DNA from: an uncultured Candidatus Bathyarchaeia archaeon
GTDB taxonomy: Archaea > Thermoproteota > Bathyarchaeia > 40CM-2-53-6 > JALHTG01
NCBI GenBank assembly: GCA_964416035.1
Contig: CAYQCQ010000001.1
Coordinates: forward strand, 1-52,749
Direction: 5' to 3'
Length of the DNA stretch: 52,749 nucleotides
Part shown: positions 15,959 to 24,201 of the stretch, one piece after another
How the letters are laid out: the number at the start of each line of letters is the position of its first letter
How positions within the stretch are numbered: position 1 is the stretch's first letter
Translations under genes and position numbers: made by a program
Notes under the pieces: generated by a model
The model's database searches: none
Told to the model about the DNA's origin: nothing
Seen by the model: only the letters and a program-made list of their open reading frames with translations

Positions 15959-15962
15959 AACA

Positions 15963-17651
15963 ATGCCAACAATCACAATCTCAATTCAGGATATGTACAG
16001 TCTCATAGGAAGAAAGATGACGCCGGAACAGCTGTCAGAGGCACTTAGTCTGACCAAGTGCGGCCACGCAAGCATGGCCGGAGACGAAATGGCAGTCGAG
16101 GTAACCTCCGACCGTCCTGACCTTCTGAGCGCTGAGGGAATAGCAAGAGAGTTGAGAGGACTGTTAGGAATTGAGACTGGACTGAGAAAGTATAAAGTCA
16201 CTAGGAGCGATGTGACACTCCGAATAGATAGAAGCGTTCTGGATATCAGGCCCTGCATGTCATCGGCCGTCGTTGAAAATGTCAACTTGGCTGGCGATGC
16301 CGTTAGGCAGATCATGCAAATGCAGGAAAAGATCCATGCGACGTACGGAAGAAACAGACGAAAGGTCTCAATCGGCGTACATGATCTCGATACGGTAACT
16401 CACAACCTCATCTACGCTGGTGTCGAACCTGAGAAAATCAGTTTCATCCCGCTGGATGAGAATCGTCCCATGAATGGGAAGGAGATCTTAGAGCTGACCT
16501 TAAAGGGAAGAGAATACGGCCACATAATCAAGCATTTTTCCCGCTACCCTCTTCTCTACGATTCCAAAGGAAACGTCCTATCTTTGCCTCCAATAATCAA
16601 CGGAATACTAACTAGGATAACTGAGAAGACGAGGAATGTTGTGCTCGATGTGACAGGCACTAACGAGGAGGCGGTTGATCAGGCTCTCATACTAATGGCC
16701 ACGACGCTGGCGGAGAGAGGCGCGACGATAAAGGATGTGAGAGTGCTATCTCCTCAAGGAGAGAAGAGGACACCTGACCTGTCTCCACAAGTATGGACCC
16801 TGAGGCCAAAGACTGTTTGTGAAATTCTAGGAGTCCCACTTACAAGTCGGCAAATCGCCAGTGAGCTGAAGAAGATGCGATATGGGGTAAGGAGCGGTGG
16901 AGAAGGCCTTAGAGTCATTGCTCCAGCATATCGGAGAGATCTGTTACATGAGGTAGATCTTGTCGAAGATGTAGCGATCGCTTATGGATATGGGCGGTTC
17001 GAACCAGTAATCCCTTTGACAGCCACTATTGGCCGTGAGAGAACGATCACAGCATTCGCGAGGCTCGTTCGAGATCTCATGGTTGGTTTCGGGTTCCAAG
17101 AGATATTAACCTTCATCATGACCAGCCCGCAGATCCTCTTCGAGAAGATGAATGCACCAGCTGAGGAAGTGGTTGAAGTGGAGAACCCGATATCGTTGGA
17201 GTATTCCGTTCTGAGGAATAGCCTCCTTCCCGGAATTCTAAACTTCCTAAGCTATAACAAGCACGTGGCATATCCTCAGAGAGTCTTCGAATGTGGCGAT
17301 GTGGTCATAGTCGACAGAAAGATAGCTACCAGAACTGTAAATCGGAGAAAACTATCAGGATTGATATGCGATCACACAGTAAGCTATGAAGATGTTCAAG
17401 CTGTCGTCTACTCGCTTATGCGGAATCTGGGGGTTAAAGAATGGTCCGTTGATCGGCTAGATCATCCTTCTCTTGTTCGGGGAAGAGCGGCGGCCATGAG
17501 CCTCCATGGCCTTAAGTTGGGAGTCCTAGGAGAAATCGATCCATCCGTCCTTGAGCGATTAGGACTAGAGAACCCCACTGCCGCTTTTGAAATCGATGTC
17601 GAAGAACTGATGCCTGAGAGAAGAAGCGGCAGCGTCGAAAGCAATGTTTAA
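15963..17651 (+). CDS. pheT: phenylalanyl-tRNA synthetase beta subunit (archaeal type)
   Basis: - It begins 4 nt after pheS.
- It has B3/4 and B5 domain-like sequence (SDRPDLLSAEGIARELRG, YRRDLLHEVDLVEDVAIAYGY). Confidence 0.9.
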   Translation: MPTITISIQDMYSLIGRKMTPEQLSEALSLTKCGHASMAGDEMAVEVTSDRPDLLSAEGIARELRGLLGIETGLRKYKVTRSDVTLRIDRSVLDIRPCMSSAVVENVNLAGDAVRQIMQMQEKIHATYGRNRRKVSIGVHDLDTVTHNLIYAGVEPEKISFIPLDENRPMNGKEILELTLKGREYGHIIKHFSRYPLLYDSKGNVLSLPPIINGILTRITEKTRNVVLDVTGTNEEAVDQALILMATTLAERGATIKDVRVLSPQGEKRTPDLSPQVWTLRPKTVCEILGVPLTSRQIASELKKMRYGVRSGGEGLRVIAPAYRRDLLHEVDLVEDVAIAYGYGRFEPVIPLTATIGRERTITAFARLVRDLMVGFGFQEILTFIMTSPQILFEKMNAPAEEVVEVENPISLEYSVLRNSLLPGILNFLSYNKHVAYPQRVFECGDVVIVDRKIATRTVNRRKLSGLICDHTVSYEDVQAVVYSLMRNLGVKEWSVDRLDHPSLVRGRAAAMSLHGLKLGVLGEIDPSVLERLGLENPTAAFEIDVEELMPERRSGSVESNV

Positions 17652-17666
17652 CCTCGCGATTCGCCG

Positions 17667-17671
17667 TTTTT
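17667..17671 (+). terminator. oligo-T archaeal termination signal after pheT
   Basis: A T5 run lies 16 nt after the pheT stop (cgccgTTTTTc). Confidence 0.35.
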
Positions 17672-17924
17672 CTCAGTAGAGAAGGTTGAAGCGCTCGGTT
17701 GCGACGTGCGAGAACATGCCTACCTCCGAGAGAGCCGACTGAGTGGGGAGTTTCCCCCCTATGACGCTTGGTGTTAGTGTTGTGGGCAACAGAGCAAGCT
17801 TGACCTAACCGTTCAAGCGCGCTCCCAGTTCGCAAGACGTCGCCATTCGAGATGATGAATTGGAAGGCGACATACAGCTTAAAACACATGTTTGAGCAAG
17901 CACCTGTCCCCAGAGAGGATTTCG

Positions 17925-19016
17925 ATGATGGACATTGAGGAGAAACTCAATATCGTTTTGAAAGATACCGAGGAGGTCGTTACTCCTTCTGAACTCAGGA
18001 CGCTGCTAGAAGAGAAAACACACCCGAGAGCGTACTGGGGCTTCGAATGTTCCGGATTCATGCATATAGGCATCGGATTGGTTACTGGCCCAAAGATCAA
18101 GGACATGGTCGATGCGGGCTTTGACTTTATCATATTTCTGGCTGACTGGCATTCTTGGATCAACAACAAACTCGGAGGGAGTATGGAGAACATTCGCGTA
18201 TGCGGAGAATATTTCAAGGACTGCTTTACTGCGTTAGGAGTTCCACGAGACAAGGTCAGGTACATTTGGGCTTCGGAGCTTGCAGGCGATAAGGACTATT
18301 GGGAGAAGGTGATACGCATCGGAAAACTATCTTCGATTCACCGCATCTGGAGGACCATACCTATCATGGGCAGAAGTATGGAAGCCTCAGATGTGGAGGC
18401 CGCGGCCTTGATATACCCGTGCATGCAGGCGGCAGACATATTTCACATGGATCTGGATGTTGCATGCGCTGGCATCGACCAACGTAAAGCCCATATGCTA
18501 GCCAGAGATGTCGCGGAGAAGATCGGCCGAAAGAAGCCTACGTGCCTGCACACACCGCTCGTTTCCGGATTGCTGGAGCCTGCATCCAGAGGAACAGAAA
18601 GATTCGACGAAGATTCTGAAACGGACCTAAAGATAAAATCGAAGATGTCCAAAAGCATCGCTGAAAGCGTCATACTTATCCACGACAGCCCGAACGAGAT
18701 CGATTCCAAGATCAGAGCAGCCTACTGCCCGCCGGGGATCATACAGGGGAACCCGATTTTTGAGATTGCCAAGCATGTAGTGTTCCGAGAGGAAGGCCGG
18801 ATGCGTATTCCTAGGGCCGACAAGTACGGCGGACCAGTCGACTTCCAGTCAGCAGTTCAGCTCGAACAGGAATATGTCAAGATGCGACTGCATCCTCTCG
18901 ACCTGAAGAAGGGTGTGGCAGAGTCCCTGACGCGCATCCTTGAGCCAGTCAGAAAATTCTTTGAGAATCATCCGCGAAACTTGGATACGATGAAGAACAT
19001 CGAGATCACAAGATAG
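17925..19016 (+). CDS. tyrS: tyrosyl-tRNA synthetase (archaeal type)
   Basis: - YWGFECSGFMHIGIGL is HIGH-like and KMSKS is present.
- The LADWHSWINNK and QAADIFH..D motifs are also present.
- I prefer ATG 17925 (MMDIEEK), with GAGAGG 7 nt upstream, over the track TTG 17892. Confidence 0.9.
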   Translation: MMDIEEKLNIVLKDTEEVVTPSELRTLLEEKTHPRAYWGFECSGFMHIGIGLVTGPKIKDMVDAGFDFIIFLADWHSWINNKLGGSMENIRVCGEYFKDCFTALGVPRDKVRYIWASELAGDKDYWEKVIRIGKLSSIHRIWRTIPIMGRSMEASDVEAAALIYPCMQAADIFHMDLDVACAGIDQRKAHMLARDVAEKIGRKKPTCLHTPLVSGLLEPASRGTERFDEDSETDLKIKSKMSKSIAESVILIHDSPNEIDSKIRAAYCPPGIIQGNPIFEIAKHVVFREEGRMRIPRADKYGGPVDFQSAVQLEQEYVKMRLHPLDLKKGVAESLTRILEPVRKFFENHPRNLDTMKNIEITR

Positions 19017-19024
19017 GAGATTTG

Positions 19025-19459
19025 ATGTCTAGTCAAGAGAGGAGAAAAGAGAAGCTAGAAAAGATCCTGCGGAGAATAGCTGGCGAATCAAGTTCTGGAA
19101 CTGTCATAATAGTCGAGGGAAGGAAAGACAAAGAAGCGCTGCGAAAACTGGGGCTAGCAGGCCCAATAGTTTGCTTCAAAAGCTCAGGTAAGGGTCTCGT
19201 CGATTTCCTAGGCAATATTGAAGCAAAGAAGATTATGGTTCTTACAGACTTCGACAAGGAGGGAAAAGACATCTCTGCTCGGATAAACGAGGAGCTTGCT
19301 CACCTTAAGATGAAAACTGATCATACGCTTCGAAAGAGACTCGGTGCCTTGGTTAGACAGGACGCGCGAACGATCCAAGATCTTTTTCGCTATGTGGAGA
19401 GGATACGCGCGGCGGAGCTCGTAAAGAAACTTGATATAAGGCAACAGCGCTTGCAGTAG
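19025..19459 (+). CDS. small Toprim-domain protein (RNase M5-like/COG1658-like)
   Basis: - The Toprim Glu motif is VIIVEGRKDKEALRKLG.
- The DxD motif is VLTDFDKEGKDI.
- The ATG lies 9 nt after the tyrS stop. Confidence 0.75.
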   Translation: MSSQERRKEKLEKILRRIAGESSSGTVIIVEGRKDKEALRKLGLAGPIVCFKSSGKGLVDFLGNIEAKKIMVLTDFDKEGKDISARINEELAHLKMKTDHTLRKRLGALVRQDARTIQDLFRYVERIRAAELVKKLDIRQQRLQ

Positions 19460-19517
19460 TTGGTATTAGCATAAGACATACCTGAACCTTACACAACACA
19501 GGTTCGTTCAACAAGAA

Positions 19518-20690
19518 TTGTCGGAGGTGAAGACTTTGGTGGAAAGTACGCAGTACACACCCACTTCCAAGTACGTCGTCAAGGCGAGATTCGAGGTGGA
19601 CGGCGTCGTTGAGAAGCCGGATGTGATCGGGGCAATCTTTGGTCAGACGGAGGGCTTATTCGGGACAGATCTGGATTTGAGGGAACTTCAGAAGGGTGGA
19701 CGAGTCGGAAGGATCGAGATTGAACTTGACTCAAAACAGGACAAGACTGTGGGTACAATAACAATACCGTCAAGCCTCGATAGAGCATCAACGGCTTTGA
19801 TTGCGGCAGCCATTGAGAGTGTCGATAGGATAGGACCATGCAATGCAAAGGTGACCCTTGAGTCCGTCGAGGACATACGTGACGAGAAAAGAAAAGCCAT
19901 CATGAACAAGGCGAAAGAGATACTGCGGAAGTGGGTCGTTGAAGCCCAGCCAAGTACAGACGAGATTCTGAAGGAGGTTGGTCAGGCCATTCGGTCTGCT
20001 GAGGTCGTAAATTTTGGACCAGAAAATCTTCCGGCGGGACCCGAGATTGAGACCAGCGGATCGATCATTCTAGTCGAGGGAAGAGCCGACGTGATCAATC
20101 TCCTGAGATGCGGCATAAAGAACGCAATTGGAATCGAGGGAACGAAGATACCTGAATCGATCATTCGACTATGCAAGAATAAGGAAGTGACGGCGTTCCT
20201 AGACGGCGATCGCGCTGGGGGCCTCATCTTGAGGGAGCTGACGCAAGTAGCTGATCTTGACTATGTCGCCCGGGCACCGCAGAACAAAGAGGTTGAGGAG
20301 TTGACTCCAAAAGAAATCATGAAGGCGCTGCGGGAGAGAATACCAGCTGAGGAAGCCCTCCGCGAGCGGCCTGCTGTGAGAATTCCCGTCGAGGTGCCTG
20401 ACAGGGTAACTGAAACGGCTGCACAGCTCAAGGGAACTCTAGAGGCGGCGCTGTTTGACGAATCAGGGGGTGAACTCATGCACATACCAGTAAGCGAGCT
20501 CGCTGAGAAACTTCCCGAAGTGCAAGGAGTTCACACACTAATCTTCGACGGAGTCGTTACCCAAAGAATTCTGGATATGGGTGAACAAAAGGGCCTGAAG
20601 TACATTATAGGAGATAGAGTGTCAGAGGGTGCCAAGCGACCTCTCAACATTAAGCTGATGACAATGGGCGACTTATTAGCAGGACGATAG
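19518..20690 (+). CDS. dnaG: archaeal DnaG primase/exosome-associated Toprim protein
   Basis: - The N-terminus is KARFEVDGVVEKPDVIGAIFGQTEGLFG.DLDLRELQKGGRVGRIEI.
- The Toprim motifs are ILVEGRADVINLLR and AFLDGDRAG. Confidence 0.9.
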   Translation: MSEVKTLVESTQYTPTSKYVVKARFEVDGVVEKPDVIGAIFGQTEGLFGTDLDLRELQKGGRVGRIEIELDSKQDKTVGTITIPSSLDRASTALIAAAIESVDRIGPCNAKVTLESVEDIRDEKRKAIMNKAKEILRKWVVEAQPSTDEILKEVGQAIRSAEVVNFGPENLPAGPEIETSGSIILVEGRADVINLLRCGIKNAIGIEGTKIPESIIRLCKNKEVTAFLDGDRAGGLILRELTQVADLDYVARAPQNKEVEELTPKEIMKALRERIPAEEALRERPAVRIPVEVPDRVTETAAQLKGTLEAALFDESGGELMHIPVSELAEKLPEVQGVHTLIFDGVVTQRILDMGEQKGLKYIIGDRVSEGAKRPLNIKLMTMGDLLAGR

Positions 20691-20806
20691 TCGCGCCTCG
20701 AATGGTCCAACTCCCCTTTTTCTTTATCGAGTCTCCTCTTCAAGGCATTACTTGGGAACCGTTCTATTGTTAAATATCGCGCCCGCATGATCTTGCGTGA
20801 TTTGAA

Positions 20807-21688
20807 ATGTTTAAGCCGAAAGGCGTGATGCCTCCACACATTACTCCATTCAAGCAGAACGGCGAAGTTGATGAAGAAGCACTGAGGCAATGCGTCAGCT
20901 TTTGGATCGAGAACAAAGTCGGGGGCTTGGTCCCCTGCGGTAGCAACGGAGAAGCACCGTACATGGACAGGGAGGATCGAAGCAAGGTCATAAAGATAGT
21001 TGTCGATCAGTCAAATGGAAAGGTTCCGGTCATAGCTGGAACTGGTAGCCTAAGCAGCGAAGAGACAATTCGTTTGACGAAGGATGCCAAGGATGCCGGA
21101 GCCGACGCGGCTCTCATAATCACTCCATTCTACTACAAGCTTTCAGACCAGGAACTTTTCGAACACTACAGGGCGATCGTAGAGTCTGTAGACATATCTA
21201 TCATTCTCTACAACGTTCCGAAGTTCACAGGTTTCAATTTGGAGCCCAGAGTTGCGGCCAAACTTGCACAACTGGAAAATGTTGTAGGTATCAAGGACAG
21301 TAGCGGCAGCATAGGGCAAATTGGAGAAATAATCAGACTTGTAGGTGATAAGATATCTGTCCTAGCAGGAACTGGAGACATGATTTACCCTACGCTAATG
21401 TTGGGAGGAAGAGGGGCGATAGTCGCAGTCGCCAACGCAGCGCCACTTCAATGCAGCGAAATCTATGAGGCCTTCCTGAGAGGAGAATATGAGAAAGCTA
21501 GGGACCTTCAGCTGAGGCTGCTGCCTCTCAACGACGCTTTGACGAGAAAATACGGAGTCGTAGCCTGTAAGGAAGCGCTCGCGATGATGGGAAAACCTGT
21601 CGGCTTTCCAAGGAAACCGTTGCTCCCTTTGAATGAGGAGAGTAAAGCCGACATAAGACGGGCTCTTGCCGACCTCCGTCTCGTTTGA
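20807..21688 (+). CDS. DapA/N-acetylneuraminate-lyase family class I aldolase (4-hydroxy-tetrahydrodipicolinate synthase or KD(P)G-type aldolase)
   Basis: - It has the family motifs GLVPCGSNGEAPYM, VIAGTGS and LYNVP.FTG.
- GIKDSSG carries the Schiff-base lysine. Confidence 0.85.
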   Translation: MFKPKGVMPPHITPFKQNGEVDEEALRQCVSFWIENKVGGLVPCGSNGEAPYMDREDRSKVIKIVVDQSNGKVPVIAGTGSLSSEETIRLTKDAKDAGADAALIITPFYYKLSDQELFEHYRAIVESVDISIILYNVPKFTGFNLEPRVAAKLAQLENVVGIKDSSGSIGQIGEIIRLVGDKISVLAGTGDMIYPTLMLGGRGAIVAVANAAPLQCSEIYEAFLRGEYEKARDLQLRLLPLNDALTRKYGVVACKEALAMMGKPVGFPRKPLLPLNEESKADIRRALADLRLV

Positions 21689-22634
21689 TGATGTGCAATC
21701 TATCTTGACAAGCCTGGAGGAACTCATTCAAAAAGCCGAATCCATAACCGGACTAGAAATGCTCATGCTAATTCGGCAAGCCGAATCCATATTCGAGCAT
21801 GAGAGAAGTGCCGGAGAACAGGGGGATAGTAAAATCGATGGGGGGCTCGTTCATGTTCCCCCATCAGGCAGGCTCACTGTCTTGGGGGATATCCATGGAG
21901 ATCTAGAGAGTCTGACATGGATTCTGAGGGACAGCAAGGCCATTGAAAGAATAGAGGAGGGACAGAGAAGGATTCTGTTCCTAGGTGATTACGGTGACAG
22001 AGGGGATAAGTCTCCTGAGGTCTACTACGTTGTGCTTCGCCTGAAGGCAGCATTTCCAGACTTCGTGATTCTTCTCAGAGGCAATCATGAAGGGCCAGAG
22101 GATTTGCAGGCCGTGCCTTATGACCTTCCGCATCAGCTTCGTGACAAGTTCCCCGATCAAAGCCGTCTCATTTGTGAAGAGATGCCGAGGCTTTTCGAGG
22201 CTCTTCACCACGCAGCTATTCTGAAGGGGAAGTATGTCTTCCTTCATGGAGGAGTGCCCAGCCTCGTTAGATCAATGGACGAAATTGCTAGGGCCAACTT
22301 AACCCACCCCGCGACAAGCAACCTGGAAGAAATCCTTTGGAATGACCCATTCGAGTATATGAAAGGAACAGCGCCATCTCCAAGAGGCGCCGGGAGAATC
22401 TTCGGTGACGATGTTACGAGCCGATTCCTTAGGCTTGCGAACGTGAAGACACTGATTCGGGGCCACGAGCCATGTCATGATGGCGTCTCTGTATCTCACA
22501 ATGGGATGATTCTAACAGTCTTTTCCAGAAAGGGATTCCCTTACGGCAACATCCATGCAGCCTATCTTGATATTGACGTCACAGAGCCTGCTCACTCTGC
22601 CTACGAGCTTTCGAGATCCGCGTTCCTTTTCTAG
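21666..22634 (+). CDS. PPP-family Ser/Thr protein phosphatase (metallophosphoesterase)
   Basis: - The motifs GDIHGD, GDYGDRG and RGNHE are present.
- Later LHGG and GH motifs follow.
- The exact start near 21666 overlaps the upstream stop. Confidence 0.85.
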   Translation: MPTSVSFDDVQSILTSLEELIQKAESITGLEMLMLIRQAESIFEHERSAGEQGDSKIDGGLVHVPPSGRLTVLGDIHGDLESLTWILRDSKAIERIEEGQRRILFLGDYGDRGDKSPEVYYVVLRLKAAFPDFVILLRGNHEGPEDLQAVPYDLPHQLRDKFPDQSRLICEEMPRLFEALHHAAILKGKYVFLHGGVPSLVRSMDEIARANLTHPATSNLEEILWNDPFEYMKGTAPSPRGAGRIFGDDVTSRFLRLANVKTLIRGHEPCHDGVSVSHNGMILTVFSRKGFPYGNIHAAYLDIDVTEPAHSAYELSRSAFLF

Positions 22635-22931
22635 CCCGTGAGACCGCAGGCACTTTCTTTCGCGAATAGATACGCGACGGAAGCAGCAGAAGCATCTCGT
22701 TCGCCACTTAGGCCAAAGAGTTCAGTGTTCATGATCACCATTTGGTCGCTATCGACGGGTTTCACATCATGATGATCAAAGAACACTACGAAGTTTTGTC
22801 CCTCGTCCTTCTCGGAGATAAGTCTGCTATGTGGCGAGCCAATATCTGCGTAGACTATCAGCTTTCCAGATCTCTACGAGTTTGGGCTCTTGGCTCTTGA
22901 TTTGATCAGCTGTGCTCTTCAGATAGTCCAT
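22631..22931 (-). pseudogene. decayed remnant of a DHH-family (RecJ/GAN-like) phosphoesterase gene
   Basis: - From my own translation.
- ATG 22931 opens a 34-aa frame (MDYLKSTADQIKSQEPKLVEIW...) that hits TAG at 22829-22827.
- A second frame (22873-22631) has no start codon. It reads GKLIVYADIGS..NFVVFFDHHDVKP..NTELFGLSGERDASAASVAYLFAKE, covering the DHH motif and a following G..G....AS.A.V.Y region that resembles, from memory, the stretch after the DHH motif in RecJ-like proteins.
- It then stops, with its stop overlapping the phosphatase stop in a CTAG. Confidence 0.45.
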
Positions 22932-22964
22932 GAATCTGCTCTCTTTTTCTCCCAAGGCGCCACT

Positions 22965-23426
22965 TCACCTGCCATACTCGGGGAAATTTCCAGACATCTT
23001 GACGGCGTCCTCTCCATCGCGATAGTACTTTTTGATCAGGCCCTTTTCTTGAAATCCGAGCTTTCTGTAGAACTCTTGTGCGATATGATTTGATGCTCTG
23101 ACCTCCAAGTCAACCCGTCTGACACCCTTTCTGTAAAGCACTTCTATGAGTCCTGTCATGAGTTTCGACCCAACGCCTTTTCTTCTAAAGTCTTTTTTCA
23201 CGGCGATAGAGAGAATGCGCCCGTCATCTTTCCTCGACGACGCCAAGACGTATCCTACCGTGTTTTGCTTGAAGACTGCAACTAGGAATGTCTCAGGCGT
23301 CTCTTTAGCCATGGAAGCAAAGATGTAAGGCGGGTAGGGCGCAGAGAACGACTCGCGTTCGATCTCACATATTTCCTTCACAAGTTCGTCACGAACGGTT
23401 CTGATATCTACATCGGCAATCTGCAA
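22965..23426 (-). CDS. rimI: GNAT N-acetyltransferase, RimI/Ard1-like
   Basis: - The acetyl-CoA motif is ILSIAVKKDFRRKGVGSKLM.
- The C-terminus is ASNHIAQEFYRKLGFQ...YYRDGEDA, as in RimI-type enzymes. Confidence 0.85.
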   Translation of the reverse strand: MQIADVDIRTVRDELVKEICEIERESFSAPYPPYIFASMAKETPETFLVAVFKQNTVGYVLASSRKDDGRILSIAVKKDFRRKGVGSKLMTGLIEVLYRKGVRRVDLEVRASNHIAQEFYRKLGFQEKGLIKKYYRDGEDAVKMSGNFPEYGR

Positions 23427-23533
23427 TCTTGAGTTCTCTTCTCGGGACTTCAGTAGGCAATGGTTGAGAAAGGTTAAATAAAAACCCAGGATCTCTACAG
23501 CCTCCCACTGTAGCGCACACGGAGGGAACTAGC

Positions 23534-23932
23534 ATGGCTGAAAAGAGAGTTGAACGATGGGGTGTAGCCAACGTCTACTCGTCGTTCAATAACACAATTG
23601 TTCATATCACAGACCTCAGTGGGGCCGAAACTATTGCGAGGAGTTCGGGCGGCCAGCATGTGAAAGCTGACCGACTCCAAGGTTCTCCCTACGCAGCGAT
23701 GCAGTCAGCTGCCGCTGCCTCAAGAGTTGCGAAGGATAAGGGGATAACTGCTCTCCACATAAGGGTGAGGGCTCCGGGGGGCCACGGCGCAAGGACACCG
23801 GGCACTGGGGCTCAGGCAGCCATCCGAATGTTAGCTAGGGCAGGTTTCATGATAGGCAGGATTGAGGACGTTACGCCCGTTCCTCACGACGGTACGAGAA
23901 GGCCAGGGGGTAGACGGGGCCGAAGGGTCTGA
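23534..23932 (+). CDS. rps11: 30S ribosomal protein S11 (uS11)
   Basis: The sequence [26 protein letters not shown]...SPYAAMQSA...[41 protein letters not shown] is diagnostic of uS11. Confidence 0.95.
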   Translation: MAEKRVERWGVANVYSSFNNTIVHITDLSGAETIARSSGGQHVKADRLQGSPYAAMQSAAAASRVAKDKGITALHIRVRAPGGHGARTPGTGAQAAIRMLARAGFMIGRIEDVTPVPHDGTRRPGGRRGRRV

Positions 23933-23977
23933 CCGCCGACAAGTCTCTATGCTGACTCTGGTGGTTGGAGGGCGCGC

Positions 23978-24151
23978 ATGATGGGAAGGAAATCGTCAAC
24001 CATTTTGCTTGGCCTCCTTCTAGTTGCTTTTGGCTCCTTATGGCTAGCTTCGGACCAAGGATGGATCCAGCTTTCGAAGGGTCTAGTTCTGGCTGTTGGA
24101 GCGATGTTGCTGGGGATCTGGCTGATAGTTCGAGCGATGGTGCGCCTGTAG
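23978..24151 (+). CDS. small two-TM membrane protein (57 aa), below the track cut-off
   Basis: - From my own translation: MMGRKSSTILLGLLLVAFGSLWLASDQGWIQLSKGLVLAVGAMLLGIWLIVRAMVRL.
- It is far more protein-like than the overlapping 72-aa track ORF 23965..24183. Confidence 0.45.
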   Translation: MMGRKSSTILLGLLLVAFGSLWLASDQGWIQLSKGLVLAVGAMLLGIWLIVRAMVRL

Positions 24152-24201
24152 CTTCTCGCATCCCTATGGGATGCCCCATCTGACTGAGCTTTGTGAAGCG
24201 G

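Noticed and set aside
17851-17935. I considered a C/D-box sRNA, based on AUGAUGA at about 17852 and GAUGAUGG at about 17923.
   Set aside because: - There is no CUGA D or D' box at the required spacing.
- The second motif is simply the ATGATG start region of tyrS.
23965-24183. The 72-aa track ORF (MEGAHDGKEIVNHF...).
   Set aside because: - Its composition is Ser/Gly/Asp/Trp/Cys-rich with no pattern, which is not protein-like.
- The alternative frame gives a clean two-TM 57-aa protein (23978..24151).
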